From Mesotaenium endlicherianum (lineage: Eukaryota): DNA of 61,101 nt. A program made the position numbers and the translations under genes. The DNA lies in NCBI GenBank assembly GCA_009602735.1, contig WELA01000937.1, positions 273,581-334,681 on the forward strand, written 5' to 3'. The notes beneath the pieces were generated by a model that saw only the letters and a program-made list of their open reading frames with translations, made no database searches and was not told the origin of the DNA. Every line of letters begins with the position of its first letter. Within the stretch, counting starts at the first letter, position 1. Below are positions 49,298-61,101 of the stretch, piece by piece.

Positions 49298-51253
49298 CTC
49301 CCCCCTTGAGAGCAATGGGCATCGGAGGGCTCACGCGCTCACACTCGAGGTGTTGGCACGTTGACACTTGGACATGCCCGGCGGGCTAGTTATCTGAGAT
49401 TTGCACTTGCCAGGGTGTGCCTGTGAGGGTGCATGTGGGCGAGACATGTGTGAGACTGGACATGTCTTGGAGTCTCCCTTCCCTCCCCCCTCTCTCTCTG
49501 CACATCTGCCTCTTGGTCTGTCTTGCCAAGACGACCTCCACTTCTGTGTGCATGCACGCGCAAGCATGTGCGCGTGTGCGTGTGTGTGTGTCTGTTTGTG
49601 CCAGCGCGCGCACGCGTGTATACTCTGACTGTTTGTCTAGGGTTTAGGGTACCTGTAAGTAGGTATGCAATCTTCTTCGGAAAGGCCTTACTCACAACTT
49701 GCACCTTGGGGACAGCTGGCGGCCTGGGCACGCAAGCAGGGGCTTGCAAGGGGTCGAACGGGTTGTCGCGCGTATTTCACGACTACCACTGCCCAATTCA
49801 GAGCGCTGAAGCTGCTACATTATGAAAGAGCCAGCTGCAATTATGAAGGCGCTTGCTGTCGCACCTGTCGCCTTCTGCCCGATGCATAATCAACTTTGAA
49901 ACGCCCTTCTGGGGGAAAAGTGAAGGCGAGGAAAGAACCAGCATGAGCTCCTAGGGATCAGGGTCTGGATGAACAACCCAGGGTTTGAGGTTACGGTGTT
50001 GTGTGGCGGGGAGGGTACCAGATTCGGGCGTTTACTTTGGGTCCAGTTTTTTAGCTAGGATTTTGTGCCAGGCGTGTGAACGTATTGAAGGTAGCCGATG
50101 CTTTTGACAAGCTTGTCTATTGCTCCTGGCCCAGCCTCCCCCCATCTCCTTTGAGAAAATCCTCCTCCCTCTCACCCTGTCCCCTTCCTTCTGCCCTCCC
50201 CCCCTTTCTCCTTCCGTCCCGCAGTCCCTCCCGCCCTCTCTCCCTCCCTCCCTCCCGCCCTCTACATGTGCCTCCCTCCTCTGACAGCGGTACCCTTGCT
50301 GGCTGATTTGCTGGCTGGCTTGCGAGCGGGAGGAACGGTTCCGCATTGACAGCGGTACCCTGGCTCACTCGTTCGAGTGAACCCACGGGAGGGAGTGAGC
50401 AGGGAGCTTCTTGCTCTCGCCCTCGGTGGCGGGGCCTGCGCCTTGCGCCATGTGTCTCATTCAGCACACAGGCCGCGCCTCAGCGTGAGCTGCGCGGGCT
50501 GCCTTTGGCCGAAGTCCCCTGCCCCAGAGTCGGGGTTCTGTCTGTGCTGGTCGTACCACCTATCACAGAAACGATGATAATGCACACAGCTGATTTTTGA
50601 CTCGTGAGCAAGTACGTTCCTGGCCTGCTGCGCACAGCAAGAAGCGGTACGGGTCCATGTGTAGCTTTGCACTTTGTTTGTTCTCAATTCCTCTCGTAAG
50701 CGTTGGTGCGGCGCAGTGTGCCGCTTTCTCCCCGTGGATATGGAGGGCTTGTCTTAGTCAGCTCCTGGTTATTGAGGTGCTAGAGTGTAGCCCTCAGTTG
50801 TCATTGGATACATAGGCACAGGGTGTGCTCTTTGCGCGCTGCTGTGCTTGCAGTCAAACGCACGTGTGAATATATCAATTGTGTATTCATAAGTAAGTGC
50901 TAAGTTTGTATACATGCTATACTTTGTTGCCATAATCTGACGTGTGCAGTTAACAGGTATCTGCAAGTAGGTGTTCCACGGGACAATCCAAACAAGTCCA
51001 ATCATGATAATTCAGCATGTATGTGATACTCTCGGCCTGTATAACTGAGACTTACAAGCCAATTGTGAGCCCTAAGTGGCGGACCGCAGATATGTGAGCT
51101 GAATCTTGCAGAGTGGGTGCAATTGCCATTTCAGATTAAGGTGCCATAAACTTGACGTACTAGATTGAATAAGATGTAGAGCTTATATCAACAAGCATAT
51201 AGCTTTTAGGTTGTGACTGAATATAGTGAGACGTTTGCTAAGGTGATTATTTA

Positions 51254-51297
51254 AGAGCAAATCTAAAGACATAGAGAGCAAATCTAAAGACATAGAG
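51254..51297. repeat. Perfect 21-bp tandem duplication (agagcaaatctaaagacatag x2)
   Basis: Visible directly, in intergenic or 3' flanking sequence. Confidence 0.9.
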
Positions 51298-52122
51298 TTA
51301 CTTAAATCGTAAACCCACATGGCACACAATAACCACCTCTGTCTGGAGCCTGCAGGCACACATGATCAAATGGGTTCTGGTGATGCACATCTTAGTCTAT
51401 GAAGGCATAAATTCACATCTCTTTGAAATAGTGCATCATACGCCTGATCATGGGCATTATCAGCACACGTGCTGTTTAGCATGACAGAAAGTCATGCAGA
51501 AGCCACCAACACTGTGCGTATGAGGCACGCCTACAAAAGTTGCAAGGAGGGGTTGGTAAGGCATGTCGAGTCTTTATCTAGCACTCTTCTCGAACATTTT
51601 CCACTAGTACCACGTTAATTGACTCAAGGAGGTAGTCAGTCTTTGCTCGATTGCACTTGCTTTTATCAGCTTCTAATAAGGACAAGTTTGACGCCCAACT
51701 GTTGCTTCATTAAAGCAAACGAGGCAACCCGCGACATGATAATGAATACGAGCATCAACATTGGCCCATACCTAAGAAAACGTCATTGATTCTCTAATCT
51801 CACAAAAAAAGTCTCAGAGGCCGAGGTGTATGGTAGCGACATGCCACAGAATGATAACTCTTCACAACCCGCCACGGAGCAAGTGTAGGGCGAGCCAAAA
51901 TTGTGCCCACCTCCCCCCTCTGCTCCCCCAATTCAGCCTTATCCTCCTCTTATTCTGTCCACCAATCCTTACCTCCCCTAGACGCCTACATAACAACTCC
52001 GGGCAAGACTGCCACTGCAAGCATGTCGAGATGCCAGCGAGCTGAACCTGCCCAGTCCTATTCACTCTCCCCCCCCTCATGCTCCTGTCTCTGCCAGCTC
52101 AACAAATCTCCCCGCCTCGGTT

Positions 52123-55100
52123 TCAACGGATCTCTCCGTCCTCACCGTCGACCTCGCCATCCTCCAGGTCCTCTCCAGCCCCGCCGCCGCCGTTGCGCTT
52201 GTCGCGCTTGTGCTTCTTGTGTCGCCCCTCGGCCGCCTCCGCGTCCGACTCAGACTCGCGGCCGTGCTGCTCCTCCGCTCCGACAAGCGCACAAGCGTTA
52301 TCGCCAGCCGGAGACCAAAAAAAAAGGCAGGGCACAGCATCCCCATGGCACCATAAGAGCAAGACAAGGTGGAACGGGGCGAGGCTATGTCACACTCCAC
52401 ACAAAGACTCACACGAGTTGCCGCACGTTGCCACAAGTTGCCATAGCACACACACCCACAGCTGAGAGATTGCAACAGAAAGTTGCCCCAGCAAACCAGG
52501 GGGGGGAGAGAACAGGGCTAGCGAGGGATAGCCAGGTGAGGTCCAGGGGGGAGGGGGGTTTAGGATGACCTCAGTGGTGGATGATGAGCGAGGGGAAGTA
52601 GAGGGAAAAATTGGACACGAGTGGGGTAGAGGGGAGTGGTAAGGGGGGGGGGGAGGGGGACAATGTTACCTTTCTGGAGGAAGAGGACTTCTTGTGGTCC
52701 CCGCTCTTGCCGTGCTTGCGCGACTTCTTCGCTTCCTTCTCCTCGCCGTCCTCGTCCCTCTCCCTCTCCTCGCCCTCCTCCTCCTCCTCCTGCCCCTCCT
52801 CCTCGGCTCGGTGCCGCTTCTTGTGCTTTCGCTCCTTGTCCTCGTCCCTCTCCTTTCGCCTCTCCTTCTCCTTGCGCCGCTCCTTCTCGTCGTCCTTGGC
52901 CCCCTTGCCGCCCTCCTTCTCACCCTTCCGGCTCTTCTCCTTCTCCTTGCCCTCGTCGTCCTTGTCCTTATCGCGCTCCTTCTCCTTCTTCCTGTCCTTC
53001 TCCCTCTCGCGCTCCTTGTCCTTGTCCTTGTCCCTGCCCTTCTCCTTGCTCTTCTCCTTCTTCTCCTCTCTCCGCGCCTGTGCGAACAACCACACACAGG
53101 CAGCATTGCATCAACAACCAAGAAGCACCAAATAGGTGAGACTGAAAATCACCTGTGCCTCATTTTCCAGACACTATATATGCAACAGCTACACAGTAAA
53201 CTCATTAATTAACTGCAAATACACTAGGCCCTATTTGGGCACAAGCAATCCAGCACGCGAATGTCAACATATGCACGCATGGATGCGCACACACGGAAAA
53301 ATTAGGCACACGTACAGCGCACACACAAAACAGGCTCACAAATGCACACGTGCGCACGCAACACGCGCACACATACGCACGAACACGCATGCACGCACAC
53401 ACCCGCACACTTTTTACAGCGGGCATCCGTGCACAGACGTGCACATATCCCGGAGTAATTTGACATGATCCACACGCGCTGCAAGTTAACACACGATCCC
53501 GCCCAAGACGGGAACTGCACGCGCAGCCGCACCTTCTCCTCCTTCTCCTTCTTGCGCTCCTTCTCCTTCAGAGCCTTGGCCTGCAGGTGCGCGATGTACT
53601 CGTCAAACACGCGCTCGCGCTCCGCATCATCCTCCAGCGCCCTGCCACTCATTTTGTACATTGTGTAAGAACTATTGTGCTTCAGCCGGGCAGCCGCCGC
53701 CATTCGTTAAATAAGAATCGCATCGCACAGAACCATCACACAGGACACGAGCATGCAGCACCTGGGAGGCGCGAATCCGCGCGCGTGCGCGCGCAAGCGT
53801 GAGGAGGTATGTCATTTCTGGAGAAATAAGGCGTCATATAAGAGCTCTTTGAAGGAATGAGGCTGGAGGAGAAGAGCACCAGGACCTGCGGGTGGCAAAG
53901 ACGGTCAGGTCTGGCGCGAGATACTGCAGGAGCAATGGCAAGTGCGTGCCCCCACTTACAAGCAGGCAGAGGGCACTCAGTGGCCAGGGGCAGGCAAGGA
54001 GCAGGGGCCAGGGTGCAGGGCATGGGAGGGGGGGCGGAGGAGGGAGGGGATAAGGGGGTCCGGGGGGAAAAGAGAAGGGAACGGGGGTGGGGGCGGAAAG
54101 AAGGGGGAGCGAAGGAGAAGAGAAGGAAGGGGCGGAGGAGGAAGGGGGAAAGGGGCGCTGGGGAGAAAGGGGAAGGGGGGAAGGGGGGAGCGAGGAGAAG
54201 GGGAAGCTGAGGGCTTACTTGTACTCGGGAGTGCCACAGATGATGGGCTGGATCTCGTCCCACTTGCTGGCGCTGCTGACAGCCTGCAGAGGGGGGAGGA
54301 GGGCAAGAGGCAAGAGGGAGAGAGAAGAAAAAGGCAAGTTGAGAAGATGAGAAGCGCCCACTCCGCATCTGACCTGAGCCTCTCGCCGTCGTGCCCCCGG
54401 CAGCAACAGTACGAGATTACGCCACGCGGGCGCCCTTTATCAACTTTTGGGGTGATGATATGCGTTTGATACGCCAAGGCAGACCAAAGGTGAGTGTGGT
54501 CTTCCTTTCTCTGCCCCGGGGTCGCTCCCAGTCCAAAGCAAATTCCTCTCTCGCAATTTCTGATGGATTCTGGCTCCACCCTCCGCATCAACGTCCTCCC
54601 TCTCCGGCATCCCCTCTTCTTCTTGAACTGCACACGACCAATCAACTTCCGCACTCCAACCGTTTGGCTCTAAAACCTTTCGTATGTCTCAAACTCCCTG
54701 TGGACACTCCAACCGTGCATGAGAGAAACACGGCGAGAAGCAAGAACAGAAAGAAGAAGAAGAGCACGAAGGAGGATGAGCAAGAGCAGGCAGCGGCAGC
54801 CCCTGCGGCTGTGGCTGTTGCTGCTGCAGCCGCTCTGCTGTGCTGTGCTGTGCTGTGCCGGGGTGGTGCTGACCTTGGAGGAGCGCAGCAGGTCCGTGAA
54901 GTCCTCCGCAAGCCGGCGCCGCCGCTTGGCCTCCTTCTCCTCCTTCTCGCGCGCCCTCTCCTGCAGGTCCTCAAACGCCAGCTGCTCCCGCACGCACGCA
55001 CGCACGCACGCCCCAGGTGTTGCCCCCGCCCGCCCCCCACCCATTGCCAGCNAGAGGGAAGGCGTGCAGAGCCCAGTCTCCCTCGTCAGCGCTCAAAGCC

Positions 55101-56848
55101 AACAACAGCTGACAGGCATGCACGCACTCGCTCACGCCTGCCGCCGCATGCTTTCACACACAATGCGGAAAGCGGCGGGCGGGCTGCCTTGACAACCCCT
55201 CCCTCCCTCCTGGCGCCTGCCCACGCGCACACAGCCCGCAGCAGACCTTCTGGAGGCCGACAGCTGGACAAATGCTCTTGAGTCGGGCTGAGGCGGCATG
55301 GGCCTCACAGACGCCCCCACCCCGGACTGCCACGCGGCGACACTCTTTCGGAAACTTGCTTCTGCTGCTGCTGCTGCTGCTGCAAGGCTGAGCCTCTCAT
55401 CGCATTCTCCGCCATCTCGTGACTCCGTGTTCAGTAGATGCAGTGAAATTACGTATACATATGTATATATATATATGAATATACACATACACAATTCTTC
55501 AAGACCTGCCTCTATGCGGCCCTGAGCCTCACAACTACTCAAAGAGGGAGATAAGAATGGGAGTGAGAATAAGGGACAGGGAGGGGATACGTGTTGGAGA
55601 GTAGGACCTATGAGGGAGCCGCGGGGGTGCATGGGAATGTTGGCGGGGAGTACCGAATAGGCATGAGCGGACAGAGACTTAAAAAGAGGAGGTGCTCTTC
55701 TTGGCAGGTGCAAAATAAGCTTTCTCTGGCCGCCAGGCCACTAGGTGAATTGTCTTGCCTGATTTTGAGTGCCCATTGACTGAAGTCTCTTGAGACATAA
55801 ATTCACAAGCATTTCCCCAGAGGCAGGGCACTCGGAGTATATACGTACGGGGCGTGCTGGAACTCAAGACCCACAGGGAGCGTGCGTGTTGTGTGTGACA
55901 AGTGGCAGCAGCAGGCAACAGGGGGAGGGCACTGACCTTGAGATTGATGTCAGAGATACCCGCCAAGTCACCTGCGTCAGTCGTCAGGGCCGCCTTGAAG
56001 TCGTCGAAGCTCAAAGCGCTCGTCACTGCCACCTGGCACGCGCATAGAGGAGTGATAACATTCCGTGAGACGTACATTTCGAACACACGACTCAAAATTT
56101 ACGCAAATAAAGCCACGAAGAACGCTCAGAGTCCCCGGAAACTCCCCAGAGACTAAGAGAGTGCAAATGAAAGTGAGGCCATGGCCATAAGGGGGCACCC
56201 CGTGTGAGTGGGCCATGCGCTTGTCTGCTCGCATCCTGGGTGACGGCTTAATATCCGACTTGTATTCTTTGATACAAAAACTAACTGGCATATCAATTCG
56301 AAAGACCCAGCAGTTGCAGTTGGACACAACGTGAGGAGCGGGGGAGCCGCACACAGGTGGCCTCGGCTGGCCTTGCGCATGGCCACAAGAGCACCCAAAC
56401 TCTCCCATTGTAAGCTAATCTGCGGTCCACCCTCTTGCCCCCCGCTATTCCGTTCGAGTCACATAGCGCGTCGTCGGGGGGCTGTGGCAAGCTGGCACAA
56501 CCAGCAGAGTCGAGGAAAATGTATGTTGCAGCAAGGTGCTGAACATTTCCCTTTTCAAAAAAGGAAGAGCAGTGGCGCAAGGAGAGCCCAATACTGCTTG
56601 CCCCCCCCCACCCCTCCCCTTTCCCCCCCTCCTCTCAGCACAGACACAGCCTCAGGCTGCCGCTCTCATGTTAGCTCAGCCAAGATCTTAGGATGAAGTG
56701 GGGCATGAAGGGCGGCGCCAGCTGGTACCCATTGGAGGGCCCCATACACACAGGCCGAGACGGACACACAGGAGGGCCACAGGAGTACACAGGCGAGCAA
56801 CGGCCGTCCCTCCCCCCCACCCTCCATCTCTCCCTTCCTCCCCCTCCA

Positions 56849-56889
<41 letters not shown>

Positions 56890-59533
56890 CCTTCCACTCC
56901 TCCTCCCTCCCTCTTACTTTCTCTGCGTCTCACCTTGGCAGCTTTCACAGCGTCTTTGACCTTCGCCTTATCGTCGTGATACTGCACCACAGCCAGCACA
57001 CATACCCACACACACAGAGCACCCCAACAACCCACACCCGCATCCTTAAACCCACTCTGTGAAATAGCACCAGTGCACGCGCACGTACACTACATCAAGC
57101 GGGTGCGTGTGGCCTTTTTACGAAGTGGCCAAACACTACACACACACCTACTCGAACACACCCACAAATACACGCACACTCGCACGTACGCACACACACA
57201 CCTACACACACACAAAGGCACACACCTCCACGCACACAAACGCACATACCATGCACGCACGCACACACATGCACGCACGCATGCGCATATGCATACGCAC
57301 TCACATCGCCTCAAAAAGACACACACACGCACATACGCGCACACAGGCACGCCTGACGCAACCCCTGCAGATGCACGAGAGGGCGCGCACCTGCTTCTCG
57401 AGCTCCTCCAGGGCGTCCTCAAAGAGGTCCTTGGGCGTGGAGCCCCCGGCGTTGGAGGCCACTGCCTGGTACGCCGGCTCCTCCTTCACCTGCCACATGG
57501 CATGCGAGCACACGCACACAACACACACACACACACGCGTACACACACACGCACAACACACACGCGCGCACAGGCACAAGCACACGCACACACACGCGCA
57601 GACATTGCCCAAGCAGGCAGCCCGCAGAGAGTGAGAATGGTGCAAACGCTTGAGCGCACACGCCTTGCTTGCTCACGCACGTGCACTCGCACTGGCATTT
57701 GCACCAGTAGGACCCCACTGGCAGTAGCAGCGGGGTCCCTAGAAGACAGCCCAGTGGAAGAACGGAACGACGGTGTGAGCGCGCTCGCTTCCCCCCCACG
57801 CAGTGCTGAGCAGGAGGCAGGAGCAGGAGGCAGGAGACAGGAGCAGGAGCGTCAACGTCTCGCTTGCCAGCTCACAGCCCCCCCCCCCCGGCACACGGGC
57901 CAGGGCAAAAGAGTGAGAGAAAAGAGGGTGAGAGACGCACACGCAAGCGCGTGACGAATTCTCTTCACATCCAGCACATGCCTGGACAGATGTGTTACAT
58001 GATGACGTACAGAGCCCAACACATGCCTGGAAGACAACGTAAATAGGACGGCAATGGAGCTCCTCTACCCCCAGCAAGGCCCCCAAAACCAAGGCAGCGT
58101 CGAGGTGGTTAATAAGAGGGCGTCGCTGACGTGCGTCCCCCAAGCCCCGCCGCTAGTGCACAGTACTGGCATCGGTGGTCCCACCAAAGCCCTCGCAGAC
58201 GGGAGAAAGGCAGGGCCAGCACAAAGTGAGAGGAGCCAGCGACATGCACGCCGCAGCGAGTATGGCAGCGGCGCACGTCTGCCCACGCGCACAGCCCAGG
58301 CCCTTGCGGACAAGGCGGGGAGCCGGGTTCCCCTTGGCTCAGGGGGCAGCCAGCTAGGGCTTTAGATCCGAAGGATGTAGGTTTCAAAATGCAATGTTGA
58401 GGAAAGGAGGGAGAGGAAGAGAGGAGAGGAAGAGAGGGAGACGAGAGGAGGAAAAAGGGAGAGCAAGAGAGGGAGAGAGAGGGAGAGGGAGAGGGAGGAA
58501 GAGGGAGAGAGGGAGAGAGGCCCAACCAACCTGTTCCACATAGTGGCGCCAGCGGGTCTTGGCCGTGAGCTCTCCCGAGGCCTTGTGCTCGTCCATGAGC
58601 TTGCGGAACGCGTCGCGGTTCTTGCGCTCCTTCCGCCTCACGGCTTCCTGGCGTCGATGCGCCCCCACCCCATCCCCAAAGAAGTCACATACACTCACAC
58701 ACAAACACACACACACATACACACGCAGAGAGATAGGAAATTGGAGCCAAATGAGTGAACAGTGATACATATTAAGTAGTTATATAGGGGTGCCTTGAAG
58801 GCCGCGTGTGCCAGGGGAGCGCCAGGTCTACGGTGCGGCGGCAGGCATTTTGCCTCAACATGCCTCGGTTTGCTTTGAAACGTGAACACGTATGAGCAAG
58901 AATCTCTCAGCGATGGTCAAGCAGGGACAAGAAAACAGCAGGTCAATAGTGTAGAGCTGGAGGCAGCAGGAAGAGCTACAAGCGCGCGACCGCGCGAGAG
59001 AGAAACAGAGAAAGGGGAAGCACGGCTAAAGCTCTACCAACGAGAGGACCAGACGTGGGAATGCATGCGCCCATGTCTGCCCGCCTGCCTGCCTGCCTGC
59101 CCGCACACGAGGTGGCATCACACGCCACGTGCCATCAAAGCCAGGTGGGGCCGTCAGACGCGGCTTTTAAACAGTCAGATGTCGAGCCCCGGGGGAAAGG
59201 GAAGCAGAAAGCAGAGACCCTCCCACTCACCCGCTCCTGCTGCTTCTGCTCCTCCTCCTTCTTCTCCAGGTCCCGGATGTATTCCTGCCGCCCCCCACCA
59301 GGCCAGCCTCATCCTGCCGTCAGCACACGCCACGCACAAGCTGCATCCTACGGCCCGGACAGATTAAGGACAAGTTATACGTGGGCAGACCTCAACCGTG
59401 CAGATGCAGAAGGAAGACAGACCCACACCAGCACTGCCCCTCTCTCCCTGGCCTGGAGAAAAGGGAGAGAGGGAGAGAGGGAAGGAGAGCCAGCACACCT
59501 CTCTCTCCCCGGAGGGGAGGAAGGGAAGAGAGA

Positions 59534-59587
<54 letters not shown>

Positions 59588-60205
59588 GCACACCTGGAAG
59601 ACCTCCAGGCGGTCCATTTTGTCGAGGCGCGCGCACCGCTCGTCGTCCTCCAGCTTGTCTGCCACCTTCCTCCATTGTGTGCTCGCCTGCCGTCGTCATC
59701 GGCCCCCCCACACCCCGCACCCCCCACCCCCAGAACAGCAACATTCTCTTCAGGACAATAGATGACTTGACACCCTCACACTGTGAGGCTCTCAGAATCA
59801 ATTGCTGTGATTGCAATGACATCGCGGCAACCGCAACAACTGCAGTCATTGTAATGATTGCGACGATTGCCGCTGGCCCTCCTGACGGCGTCAGAGCGGC
59901 GACGCCCACGATCGTGACAAGTGGGGCCGGTGAAAACGGCCAGAGACGTTGCAGCAATAAAATGTTGGCCAACGATGTAATAGGCGGTGTTGGGGCTGCG
60001 GCAACGCTCAGCTGAGAAACAGACTTCTGGGTAACTTACGATCTGCAGATGTGCGGCAGCATGCGCCCAGAGGCAAGAAATGAGGGGGGAAGTCGGTAGG
60101 CGGGCGAGCGGGCAAATGGGGAAGGACAGGGGAGGAACAGCAGGAAAATTGGGACGGCTTGCATCCTGAGGAAGAAGCAAAGAGGGGGGGGGGGGTATTT
60201 GGGGG

Positions 60206-60241
<36 letters not shown>

Positions 60242-60703
60242 GAGAGAGAGAGAGAGAAAGAGAGTGGCGGGGACGGGGGACGAGGGGAGCTGCAGCGTGG
60301 GGCCGACCTTGATGAAGTCGCAGGCCTCAAGGAACTGCCGGAACTCCAGGTGGTTCTTCTTGCGCTCCTCGCGCGCCCTCTCCTTCTCCTGCGTTGTCCG
60401 CACACAGCCTCGCCGCAGGAGTCAGCCTAAGCCTGCCAGCCTGCCAGCTGGGGCATCGAAACAATCGGCCGGCTGCCGCTGCAGCGGGCGTCTCCATTGG
60501 GGTGCGTCCAGCAGGCTCCAGGAACAACACAGGGGGACCCCCCAGCAGCTGGAGTTTGGAGTTGGGAGCCCGCTCTCATGTGGAGTGTTGATGTTACCTT
60601 ACGCTCCAGGTCCACCAGGTAGTCCTCATAGAGCTCCTCCCGGTCCCTGTCGCGCTCCACTGCCTTGAAGCGCATGTCCGTCTCAAACAGCGCCGCCGCT
60701 TTG
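52123..60703 (-). CDS. PRP40: Pre-mRNA-processing protein 40 (PRP40A/B-like, FF-domain U1 snRNP factor), 5'-partial (continues beyond the window end)
   Basis: Thirteen in-phase GT-AG exons: 60703-60598, 60388-60308, 59686-59594, 59284-59231, 58647-58531, 57489-57391, 56981-56934, 56032-55937, 54981-54874, 54283-54219, 53641-53533, 53077-52670 and 52266-52123. FF repeats: [75 protein letters not shown] and [14 protein letters not shown] charged K/E/R tail ends in [15 protein letters not shown]. Confidence 0.92.
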
Positions 60704-61101
60704 CTGCTCATGTGCAAAAAGGAGACGCACACGCACTTGCCGTCAGAGGGCGAGGGCGAGGGCGAAGGAGAGGGAGAGGGAGAGGAAGAGATGAGAGGGG
60801 CTTCTCCACACGCAATGCAGGGCATGACTTATGGCTCACACATGCACACACACACACGCACACACGCACACACATCTTGATAGAGAGGGAGGAAGAGAGA
60901 CACTCGGAACATACACCGAGAGCCTGATCTCTAGCAAGCAGAGGGCTGTATCAGCAGCCACATAAGAGGTCCCCCGAAAGGAGAAAGGGCCGAGAGAACC
61001 AGAACTGGGCCAGGACCAACGTCGGGGCCATGGACAAGGACAAAGACTGGTGTAAAAAAGGCCGCAAGGGTGAAAGGAAGAGTCCGCAAGGGGGAAGGGG
61101 G

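Noticed and set aside
47000..52000. Hidden gene or transposon between the kinase start and the PRP40 end
   Set aside because: Only short ORFs are present, with no recognisable domains, no consistent exon chain and no terminal repeats that I could identify.
57073..57954. His/Thr-rich 293-aa ORF and similar CVCVCV/THTHTH ORFs throughout the window
   Set aside because: They are translations of degenerate (CA/TG)n intron repeats.

Overview
Eukaryotic nuclear scaffold. Introns are spliceosomal and rich in (CA/TG)n, (AG/CT)n and G/C homopolymers, there are three N gaps, and coding exons are GC-rich. Gene content points to a streptophyte green alga or early-diverging plant (zygnematophyte-like is my guess and cannot be confirmed from sequence alone). 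I reconstructed seven host genes by hand from splice sites and reading phase: a 5'-truncated Ycf23/DUF561 gene (+), an FMC1-like LYR gene (-), homogentisate phytyltransferase VTE2/HPT (-), an intronless CYP86-clan P450 (-), gamma-tocopherol methyltransferase VTE4 (+), a cyanobacterial-type membrane Ser/Thr kinase (-) and a 5'-truncated PRP40 (-). Two observations stand out. (1) The first committed and the final enzymes of alpha-tocopherol synthesis lie within about 23 kb, flanking an omega-hydroxylase-type P450 that is head-to-head with VTE4; this is a candidate vitamin E gene cluster. (2) An AT-rich, uninterrupted ORF with family A / TV-Pol-like polymerase motifs is nested antisense in the FMC1-like intron; it may be a viral, transposon or organellar insert, or a misassembly. 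Smaller observations are duplicated exon-end/splice-donor copies inside two introns, two GC-AG introns and a 10-bp-periodic site II array upstream of VTE4. All family assignments come from recognising motifs by eye; no database search was run.
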